From Cuniculiplasma divulgatum (lineage in GTDB: Archaea; Thermoplasmatota; Thermoplasmata; Thermoplasmatales; Thermoplasmataceae), in assembly GCF_900083515.1 (NCBI RefSeq), contig NZ_LT671858.1:1830001-1862000 (forward strand): DNA of 32,000 bases, given 5' to 3'. Below, in pieces: positions 1 to 9,000 of this stretch. The notes beneath the pieces are model-generated. The model saw only the letters and a program-made list of their open reading frames with translations, was not told the DNA's origin and did not search any database. Position numbers and translations under genes: made by a program. Position 1 is the first letter of the stretch. Every line of letters starts with the position of its first letter.

Positions 1-126
1 AGAATGTTCTTCATCTGTTAGCTTTCTCCCAAAAACTTCCTGAAACCCATAATCCGTTGCAACTCTTGAAAGGGTTTCACTATCAAGAAGCGTCCCGTCC
101 ATGTCGAAAATTACTGTTTTAATCAT
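1..126 (-). CDS. HAD-superfamily hydrolase (phosphatase / beta-phosphoglucomutase-like); only the N-terminal 42 codons, gene continues past the window start
   Basis: Not in the ORF track because it runs off the edge. The reverse strand from ATG at 126..124 reads MIKTVIFDMDGTLLDSETLSRVATDYGFQEVFGRKLTDEEHS. FDMDGTL is HAD motif I (DxDGT). Confidence 0.75.
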   Translation of the reverse strand, partial: MIKTVIFDMDGTLLDSETLSRVATDYGFQEVFGRKLTDEEHS

Positions 127-175
127 AGAATATCCCTCTTTTATTATTAATCAAACATATTTTCATTTTTCATGA

Positions 176-1318
176 TTAATTCAGTTTAACCCAGAGTTCC
201 TTGAACCCATAAACTATTGTACTTTCCTGTGGAATCATCTTCCTGTTTCTTAGTATTTCATATGAATCAAAGTTTTCAGTCATGTACTCCATCGCAATTT
301 TAGCCTCAAGTCTGGCCAGGGGTGCACCAAGACAGTAATGAATGCCTTCTCCAAAGGCTATGTGTCTGTTTTCCTTCCTGCCAATAATGAATTTATCTGC
401 ATCTTCAAAAATACTTTCATCCCTGTTGGCTGAACCGATCCACGGAACCATTATGCTCCCCTTCCTGATTGGAACTCCACTCAGATCTGTATCGTCTCTT
501 GCTACTCTGTAAATAGATTGTACTGGACTCCTGTATCTAAGCACTTCCTCAAGAGCCTGTGGAATAAGTTTGGAATCATCTCTCATGGCCTCATAAGTAC
601 CTGGATTTTCACTGAATGTGAGAAGAGCATTTGAAAGCAGGTTGGTTGTGGTTTCATTTCCAGCTACAAGTAGAAGGATAAAAAATCCCAGACTTTCCAT
701 CATTGTCAGCTTTTCTCCATCTACTTCAGCATTTAACACGGAATATACAAGGCTTTCGTCAGGGTTTTTCTCTTTTTCTATCATAAGTTTCTGGAAATAT
801 CCTTTCATATCTTCTATGGTTTTAGGAAAATTTGTAAAAGAAGTCTCAGACCCTCCAACTATTGTATCTGACCATTTCTTGAACATATCCATATCTTTAA
901 GTGGTATTCCAAGCATGGTTGCAATAACAGTAATGGGAAGGGGTGATGTGAATTCTTTTATTATGTCGACTTCGTGTCCTTTTTTTGCATTCAAGAGGCT
1001 TTCTGCTATTTCCCTGATCTGTGGAGCCATTTTTTCAATTGTCCTTGGGGTAAATGCCCTCGATACAATATTCCTGAGCTTTGTGTGCTTTGGTGGATCG
1101 AGATTTATGATGCTCTCAGATATTGGTCCACCTGCTGGGTTGAAAGCTTTACCAAACTGTGATGAGAATTTGTTAAAATTTCCCAGTGTTTCTTTAACAT
1201 CCGTATATCTGAAAACATTTACGAGCCTGTATTCTGGATCATAGTATACAGGGTTCTCGGATCGCATTCTTTTGTACCAGGGGAAGGGATTCATTATATC
1301 CCTGCTCATCTCATCCAT
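176..1318 (-). CDS. cytochrome P450 monooxygenase
   Basis: 380-aa ORF. It has the heme-thiolate loop FGEGIHYCLGAPLA (FxxGxxxCxG), the I-helix AGNETT and the K-helix EEVLRY (ExxR). The size is like other compact archaeal P450s. Confidence 0.95.
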   Translation of the reverse strand: MDEMSRDIMNPFPWYKRMRSENPVYYDPEYRLVNVFRYTDVKETLGNFNKFSSQFGKAFNPAGGPISESIINLDPPKHTKLRNIVSRAFTPRTIEKMAPQIREIAESLLNAKKGHEVDIIKEFTSPLPITVIATMLGIPLKDMDMFKKWSDTIVGGSETSFTNFPKTIEDMKGYFQKLMIEKEKNPDESLVYSVLNAEVDGEKLTMMESLGFFILLLVAGNETTTNLLSNALLTFSENPGTYEAMRDDSKLIPQALEEVLRYRSPVQSIYRVARDDTDLSGVPIRKGSIMVPWIGSANRDESIFEDADKFIIGRKENRHIAFGEGIHYCLGAPLARLEAKIAMEYMTENFDSYEILRNRKMIPQESTIVYGFKELWVKLN

Positions 1319-1540
1319 ATTCTCATAATACTGGATCTGAATTTATAATTATCTTCATTTATTGCCTGCTATGAACTCAGTTTGTATTATCTTGATTTAA
1401 CGCTTTTGCTTTAAATATATGTGATTGTACATTGAGTTTAATTTGGGATAATGTCTTTATTGATGATATTAAATGAAATTTTAGTGTGAATTTATTAATT
1501 TCTTCTTACCTGTAGATTAACTTTAATGAACTCATAGGGC

Positions 1541-1548
1541 TTTATATA
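1541..1548 (+). promoter_or_regulatory. TATA-box candidate (TTTATATA) for CDS 1570..3120
   Basis: Matches the archaeal TATA consensus. It is centred about 25 nt upstream of the TTG start, consistent with a leaderless or short-leader transcript. Confidence 0.45.
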
Positions 1549-1569
1549 GTAATTTTTCATGTTATAACG

Positions 1570-3120
1570 TTGTCCTTCCCTAAGTTAATAATTATTGCTC
1601 TTAGAAGAAATTTGCAACCTCGAATTTTACTTGTTATACTATTTGCTTCCATCTTGTTGGTTCCGGCTTTTACATTTGATAATAATGAAATTTCCAGAAA
1701 TATATCAAACAACTACTTTCTTGGAGATGTCCAATCTCAGAATAATACCATTATTAACAACAATACAGTTTGTTTTGTTTTGATAGGAAATTCTCTTGAT
1801 GAATTAAACAGCACTGGTGTAAATTTTTACATCTCAGCAGAATATATTGTTTTGGGAGTACCAGCTTCCGATCATCTAGGTAACAGGGCTTCAATATTTT
1901 ACAACACAGTGACCAATAAAGGAGGGAGGGTCTATATCAAAACTTCCCATATTGACTACCTTATATATTCAAGACTTAAACAATACGTAAACATTTCTTT
2001 GAATCAAATCTTTATGGAGAATTACCAGATAAATTCATTCACAATCCCAAATGATACAAATACTCAAAATGATATATTTTTCAACTTTCACAGAACTGAC
2101 TATCAAGCAAATTCTCATATTTCAACGGTGTATTTCTACACACTTCCAACTTCCGAACTTGGATATTATGGACTTTCAGAAATTTTTTATACTTTACCTT
2201 CCCAGAGTAGTAAATTCAATGTTACGGTAAAAAATCCAGATAATTCTGGAGCGCAAGTGTCTATTGTCCATGATGGAATTCCAGGTGTTATTTACTCTAT
2301 TAAAAACTATCAACTTCTTGTTTCACTTAACACTAAGGGTTACGGTAATTTCCGCTTTGGAACTTCTACAGAAAGACTTATGATGGACTCGTCTCCTCTT
2401 GCTTATAAAAACACGGCCAGTCCGTACTCCAACGTGGGACTGGCTCTTATGATAAGCTTTTCTTCACTGTGCATAATTGTATCGTTCACCTATTTTCAGA
2501 AAAGAGAACTTGTCAATAAGTTTCTATCTCTGCCAGTAAAAAGATATCAGTTCATACTAGCAACTTTTATTTCCTCTGTATCTTTCATACTTTTTGCATC
2601 TGCAGTTTCATTTCTTCTATTAGATATCTTCTGGAAATTCTACTCTGGCTTATTCCTAAGCCCACTAGATTTAATATATGTTGGAATAACGGAAATTCTA
2701 ATAGCCCTCGCAATTTGTTCAATATATGTTCTAGCTGGGAGTTTTCATTCTTCAGAAAGGAATAGTTTTTTAAACACCTTCTTTGTGGCAATCTTTCCCC
2801 TAATCAGCATCCTTGCATCAGTATACTTTTTCGTTACTGGATCTGGCATTCAAATAACTGGTGGGACATATCTGGCAACACCACTAAATTCATACGCAAT
2901 AAATTACAATTTTATTAGAGATATAATACCGCTTGAGAGTGATATTCAACTTAATAAATATCTCTCCGCATCTCCTTTACTTGGTTTAAAAATGACTAAT
3001 AATATGGGTCTCCTGGGGATGGACCCCTTAATCATAATACTCTCTGCTATTGGAATTCCTCTTATATTCATGTCTATCGGAGTGTGGATGTATTCGAGAA
3101 AAACTGCAAATTTAATTTGA
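1570..3120 (+). CDS. multi-pass membrane protein, ABC-2-type permease-like, with a large N-terminal extracellular domain
   Basis: TTG start. Order is an N-terminal TM (ILLVILFASILLVPAF), a ~270-aa sequon-rich external domain, then about 6 TM helices. FQKRELVNKFLSLPVKRYQFILATFIS resembles the conserved (E)..L.s.P.sR......kf segment of ABC-2 permeases. No ATPase gene is adjacent. Confidence 0.5.
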   Translation: MSFPKLIIIALRRNLQPRILLVILFASILLVPAFTFDNNEISRNISNNYFLGDVQSQNNTIINNNTVCFVLIGNSLDELNSTGVNFYISAEYIVLGVPASDHLGNRASIFYNTVTNKGGRVYIKTSHIDYLIYSRLKQYVNISLNQIFMENYQINSFTIPNDTNTQNDIFFNFHRTDYQANSHISTVYFYTLPTSELGYYGLSEIFYTLPSQSSKFNVTVKNPDNSGAQVSIVHDGIPGVIYSIKNYQLLVSLNTKGYGNFRFGTSTERLMMDSSPLAYKNTASPYSNVGLALMISFSSLCIIVSFTYFQKRELVNKFLSLPVKRYQFILATFISSVSFILFASAVSFLLLDIFWKFYSGLFLSPLDLIYVGITEILIALAICSIYVLAGSFHSSERNSFLNTFFVAIFPLISILASVYFFVTGSGIQITGGTYLATPLNSYAINYNFIRDIIPLESDIQLNKYLSASPLLGLKMTNNMGLLGMDPLIIILSAIGIPLIFMSIGVWMYSRKTANLI

Positions 3121-3233
3121 ATCTGACTAAATAATATAAAATACAATTGGTTTGTAAAAAAAGATAGCCTCTCCTACTGCATGATGAGCTTATTCAATGT
3201 GAAAAATATGAATTTTATATTGGTCTAAGAAAA

Positions 3234-3241
3234 GTATATTA
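3234..3241 (+). promoter_or_regulatory. TATA-box candidate (GTATATTA, preceded by AAA) for CDS 3264..5837
   Basis: Centred about 26 nt upstream of the GTG start. Confidence 0.4.
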
Positions 3242-3263
3242 GTTTAAATTCCTTTAATCAGCA

Positions 3264-5837
3264 GTGCTGGGATTTAGAAAAAAACTCATCATAGTACTAA
3301 TTTCTATTGTTGTATTTCTTATGTTAGCACCGACAATGATACCCACGGAGCCTCAGAACTATAAAAACCGATCGGTATCTCTTGATTCAGCCTCGCAAAC
3401 AGATATAATTAAAAACCTACCCTCAAATGAACCAGTAAACCTATCCGGTAATTACAATTCAGAAACTTATGTTTTCACAAATCACAGTTTGATTAATGGG
3501 TATTACTGTAACCATGGAAACGTAAGGCAACCCTATGATTCCATATATGATCCTACGAATCATCTTATTTACGTAATAAAGTTATTTTCCAGTAGTATTT
3601 GTATTGTAAATGCTTCCACAAAGAGCATTGTCAAACAGATACCTGTTAATACCCTCGCCTCTTGCATGGTATACTCTAAGATTAATAATAGAATTTTTAT
3701 TTCCAGCATCTGTAATGATTATGTTGTGGTATTGAACCCTTCCACAGACAAGGCTGTGAAAGATATACCCGTTGGCATAAATTCATACTCCCTTGTGCTG
3801 AATCCATCAGATCAGAGACTCTATGTATTTAATGAATTTAGTAAAAATATATCAGTTATTAATACAACAGATTGCAGGAGCGTTAGTTCGATACGCACTA
3901 AATATGGCACAACAGAGGGATATGTAAGTGAAAATAATGAATATTTGTTCGCGATTACAAATGAAAGTGAGAGCCTCTGTGTAATAAATATTAGCTCTCA
4001 AAAAATTGTAAAAATCATCAATACAGGAGCAATAATAAGTGGAATTACCTGCGATACTAACACCGGGAAACTATATATATCCTCGGCTGCAGGACCGGAT
4101 ATACTTTGTATTGATAGGAATACTTTAATTTCGGGTAATGAGATTCAAACGCCACTCGATGGAAAACTGTTCTTTTGTAGCTTTAACAACAGAATATACC
4201 TCTCTGATTCTATATCTAGCACATTTTCCTATCTTAACCTAAGTACAATGACCATGGGAAATATGTATAATGCCTCATCTTTTCCAGTATCGTTTACCCT
4301 CATTCCTTCATATAATATCATTTTCATTGATGAATTTGTTTCATGTAGTCTTTCTTTTATGAACTTTTCTACTTTTTCCATAATAAAGACTATCAATACG
4401 ACCTATTCACCATATTCAGCAATTTACTGTGAAATAAATGGATACATATATATTACTCAGGAATTCAGGAATGATATTCTAATTTTAAATCCCAGTAATT
4501 TTAACATAGTATCAATAATTCCAGTCCAGTTATCGCCAAAATTAATTAGAGTTAATCCCTTTGATAGAAAAATATATGTTATTAATTCTATCTCAGACAC
4601 TATTTCCGTTATATCACCCATAACGAACAAAATTCTTTATAATGTTAGAGTGGGTAATGATCCTACAGATATAGCTTTTAACCCGTTTAATGGAACTGCT
4701 TATGTTTCTAATTATTTATCTGGGAATATCTCTGTTATAAAGGCTAACTCAGGTGTTGTAGATTATCAATATCTTACAGGAGAAGGAGCAACATCCCTAT
4801 CATATGATTCTAAAACTGGCGAATTGTTCATAGCAAATAAACAGGAAAATGAGGTTTGTATGATTCCAACTACTGAGACTAATACCAGCACAGGAAGCAT
4901 ATTGATTAATGAACCTTATTACGTGCTTTACTGCGAAGCAAATGAACTGGTGTATATATCTAACAGATCTCATTCACTTACTATTTTCGATCCTTCTAGC
5001 AGTAAATTAACTGAGATAAATACACCAAATTTACTAGGGGGGATGCTGTTTAATAATCCTTCAAAAGGTGAAGTTTACTATATGACATATAACGGGGAAA
5101 TACTTATTTTTCAGAGTGGCAGTAAAGCTCCTGCCTATTACATTAAATCAACTTCTAATTTTGAATGCATTGCATTTTCTATTAACAGTAGGGAGATTTT
5201 GTTTACTGATCCTTCTCAGGGTACCATATCAATTCTCCATCTTAAATCGGAATATCCCCTAAAATTAACAGAGACTGGGTTATATAAGGGAACAACATGG
5301 TTCTTTAACCTGACCACATCAATTCATTCGGGTCCAATATCAAACCAAACATACCTTTTGTGTGTTCCAGAAGGTTCATATTCTTATACTGCTCAATCAT
5401 CAAATAAGGTTTTCAATTCCTCAATTGAAGGCAATGTTAACATCAGTGAATCTGGAGCAAACCTAAGTGTGGAGTTTAAGAAAGTTTTTAATACAGTTAT
5501 ATTTGAAACAACTGGAAATTTAACTCTGAATTCGTGGAGCATTAGCACAAATAATATATCTAAAGGGTCTGAAGGAAATATTATAGAGATGCAACTTCCA
5601 AATGGCAGTTATTTTGCTTCTGTAGAAATGAAATCTTCATCTGGATCAATTGGATTCCCCTTAGAATTTTTCGTACACGGAACACAACATTATATCTATG
5701 TAAAAGAACCGTCTGTAAATAATGGTATTTACTACTTTCCCAAAGTAGTCATCGGTTCAGCCTTCCTTTTTATTTCGCTGCTTCTTTTGCTGTTAATCTA
5801 CTTAGTAGTGGACAGAAGATCAAGGAATAAACTCTAA
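3264..5837 (+). CDS. surface glycoprotein with YVTN-family beta-propeller repeats, two GLx..W..P(N/E)GSY modules and a C-terminal TM anchor
   Basis: GTG start and an N-terminal signal/TM (LIIVLISIVVFLMLAP). Recurrent blade signatures are RLYVFNEFSKNISVINT, KIYVINSISDTISVISP, TAYVSNYLSGNISVIKA, ELFIANKQENEVCMIP and LVYISNRSHSLTIFDP. The C-terminus is VVIGSAFLFISLLLLLLIYLVV followed by DRRSRNKL. There are many N-x-S/T sequons. Confidence 0.8.
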   Translation: MLGFRKKLIIVLISIVVFLMLAPTMIPTEPQNYKNRSVSLDSASQTDIIKNLPSNEPVNLSGNYNSETYVFTNHSLINGYYCNHGNVRQPYDSIYDPTNHLIYVIKLFSSSICIVNASTKSIVKQIPVNTLASCMVYSKINNRIFISSICNDYVVVLNPSTDKAVKDIPVGINSYSLVLNPSDQRLYVFNEFSKNISVINTTDCRSVSSIRTKYGTTEGYVSENNEYLFAITNESESLCVINISSQKIVKIINTGAIISGITCDTNTGKLYISSAAGPDILCIDRNTLISGNEIQTPLDGKLFFCSFNNRIYLSDSISSTFSYLNLSTMTMGNMYNASSFPVSFTLIPSYNIIFIDEFVSCSLSFMNFSTFSIIKTINTTYSPYSAIYCEINGYIYITQEFRNDILILNPSNFNIVSIIPVQLSPKLIRVNPFDRKIYVINSISDTISVISPITNKILYNVRVGNDPTDIAFNPFNGTAYVSNYLSGNISVIKANSGVVDYQYLTGEGATSLSYDSKTGELFIANKQENEVCMIPTTETNTSTGSILINEPYYVLYCEANELVYISNRSHSLTIFDPSSSKLTEINTPNLLGGMLFNNPSKGEVYYMTYNGEILIFQSGSKAPAYYIKSTSNFECIAFSINSREILFTDPSQGTISILHLKSEYPLKLTETGLYKGTTWFFNLTTSIHSGPISNQTYLLCVPEGSYSYTAQSSNKVFNSSIEGNVNISESGANLSVEFKKVFNTVIFETTGNLTLNSWSISTNNISKGSEGNIIEMQLPNGSYFASVEMKSSSGSIGFPLEFFVHGTQHYIYVKEPSVNNGIYYFPKVVIGSAFLFISLLLLLLIYLVVDRRSRNKL
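3516..5229 (+). repeat. protein-level YVTN-type beta-propeller blade repeats (period about 40-45 aa) inside CDS 3264..5837
   Basis: A hydrophobic-Y/F-V/I-x-N ... (S/T)-V-I-(N/D/S) pattern recurs more than 10 times. Boundaries are approximate. Confidence 0.65.
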
Positions 5838-6054
5838 AATAATTGGATGTTCCAAATTTAATAACCAATGATTTTCAATATCTTATGTCAAGCTTATGTG
5901 AAACCGTAGACTTTCCTTATTTCAAGTTTAATTTGTCTGAAATTAAAAATGTTCAATAGCTACCATAGCTGATGAACCAATTCATAATTCTAATTACTCT
6001 TAGGGAATAATTGGGAAAGTTTATTATCAGTCTTTTCACTATTAAAACCGGGTT

Positions 6055-9000
6055 ATGTCTATATCAATGGAGAGAAAAAAATTGGCTATTTCATTTGGAA
6101 TAGTAATTCTTATGATTTTTTCCTCATTTACAGTATTATCAGCTAATCAGAGCGCCAGCATGAACAGTACCGCCCATACCAATTTCACGGAAAATGAGAG
6201 AAAGATTCTTTGCAGCGAACTGGGACCCAGAACCGAATTGCCTTACAGAGTAAGTCCCGGTAAAAACATATCTGGAAGGTATTATGAAGGTGAAATGAAT
6301 GTAATGATTACATTCAAACTGCGGAATGAAAGTAGACTGGAAGGCTATCTAACGGATCTTTCTAATCCTTCCAGTAGTCTTTATCACCACTATATCACAA
6401 GAAGCCAGTTTACACAAAACTTCTCTGTTCCTGAGAAGCTATATAATCTGGTTGCAGATTATTTTTTAACCTTTAGGAACGCAACAGTAAGAAAATATTC
6501 TGATAGAATTTCTCTTATGTTAAATGCCCCTTCTAATACAATCGAGAATATATTTAAAACAGAAATACTGGAAAATAAGAGTGACAATGGGATCAATTAT
6601 TTTGCAGTTGAAACACCTTCTCTTCCGCGTTTAATTGAAGCCCAGATTTCTCAGATATCAGGATTAAACAATACACCAGTAGCCCAGATAGCTTCACTCA
6701 GTCATGAGTTAATCGGCACAGGTTCTTCCAGTTCAACAAACTATTTGAACGGCTATCCTGCCCCAATTGTGTCCTCTGGAGTGCAGTACCTCTATGGAGC
6801 TGATCTTCAGGTTGCATACTGTACAGATCCTCTCTACAACGTAACATATCCTACCAACACAGTGGTTGCCACCATATTATGGGCGGGAAACACCAGTACA
6901 GGACAGCATGTTGGGCCTTTCAACCCCTCCAATATTTATGATTATTACAATACTACTATTCCATCTGGTGAGCCTCATTCCATATTACACGGTGTGCCCA
7001 TAGGAGGAGCGCTTTATCCTGGAAAATCGGCGAACGATGATACTTCAGGAGTTACGCTTGAAAATACACTGGATCTTGAGATGATCGGTAGCCTGGCCCC
7101 TGGGTCTAACATCTACAACGTTTACGGTCCATCACCAACTGAAGCCTGCCTGAACGCTGCCTTTGCATACATTCTGAATCCAAATTCCACTGAAAAAGGT
7201 CTGAATAATGTTTCCGTTATTTCAAACTCATGGGGTACTCCTGAATTTAATGATACTGCATGGTTTGAATACCTTCAGGAGGCACAGGCAAGGGGAATCA
7301 CAGTTCTTGCAAGCAGTGGTGACTCGGGGGATAATTCTGCAAGCTCAGAATACAGTGCTAATTCTAACTATACCAGCGATTTCCTAAACTTCCCAGCCTC
7401 AATGGCATATAACAGCTTCGGGATTACATCTGTAGGTGGTACAACACTAACGCTGACTGGAAATCTGCATATAAAGAGTCAGTCAGCCTGGTATGAGTAC
7501 GAAAAATTGCTCACTATTCCTGTTGATCCAATCGGGAGCGTCGGAGGAATAAGTCAGGTTTTCAGTGAAACAAGTTGGCAGAGAGATAGTGAGGCAAACG
7601 ATGTAATAAAAGGTGCAGGACTAGGTGTACCAGATATCGCTTCGATGGCGAACAACACTCTAATGTGTGTTACAGTAAATGGAGCTCAATCTATTTGTTC
7701 TGTTGCAGGAACAAGTGTGGCATCACCAACTGAAGCGGGAATAGTAGCTGATATCAATGCAGTTCTGAATCATTACGGTGAGAAAAACCTTGGATATATC
7801 AATCCAGAAATATATAAGGTTGCAAACCTGGAATTTTTTGGGAATTCCAGTATAAAGAATGTATCTTACTCAACCAACAGTGTCAATCAGATTTTCCTTC
7901 CTCTTGAACCTTTTTATAACGTCCATTCCGGAGGCAATGCACTTTACAGGGCAGCATATGGATATAATTTAGTAACAGGTTGGGGCTCCATCAACGCGTA
8001 TAATTTCACGGAATTCCTGCTTGATCAGAACTTCAAGAATAACCCTGTGGCTATTTCGGGGGTTGAAAATATGATTAATATTTCATCCCTTAACTTCATT
8101 GATGAAGGGAATGGAAGATCCGTTGATATTGAACAACAGTACATAGTTTCTGATCAACTGGGCGAACCCATATACAATGTACATGGAATATTGAATCTTA
8201 CACTGGATTCAAATTCCCAGTGGAGTGGATATATTCTCGTTGAAGCACAGTACACCTCATTTCAATCTAGGAATTTAATAAAGAACTACGAGTTTTCAGA
8301 TAAACTAAAGCTTGGCCTGACATCATTCCCTTCACACCTTGAAATGAAGTCCATCCTGAATTCCACTGGAGATATGTTCGGTACATCCCTAATCTTCGGA
8401 ATTAATGGAAGCTTTTTAAAAATACCCATGCCTGGTGGCGCATATATAATTGGATCTGAGAATTATAGTTACATTGACCCCTACTCATCGATCACATTCC
8501 CAGAACCACCCATAGTTTCATCAGGAGGAGCACTAGATCCAGAATTCGGCATAACTTCAGATTCATCCGGAATCACTTCGGTATTTTCTATTAAATCAGA
8601 TGCAAACACATCCTTTCTCCTTCTTCCATTCGGCCGTAATGTATTTGTTAAGAGCAACACGCATATTCTAGCTAAAAAAAGTAATCTTTTGGGTGGGACA
8701 GTAAATAATATTGACTGGGAAAGAACGGGAAAAGATCAATGGTTCGTCACCTACGTTAACGGTTCAAGCGATTACGGTATTACGGCATCCCTTGAATCAT
8801 ATGAAGTTGATTTCGTGGAGAGCGGTCTACCCATAGACCAGAAGTGGTCATTAGATGTTGGGAATAGATCTTTTCATACAGATAGAAATTTTATTAAAGT
8901 ATCCCTTATAAATGGTACATATACAGCGTCTCCTTTAACAATCGGTGATCAAACAGGATCCCCGGAAAATTATTCCTTCACTGTGTACGGGAAATCAATT

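Noticed and set aside
618-1244. 208-aa plus-strand ORF (and 974..1162) lying inside the P450 gene
   Set aside because: It is antisense to a gene with unambiguous P450 motifs. The product is low-complexity and S/F/I-rich with no motif, which is typical of a shadow ORF.
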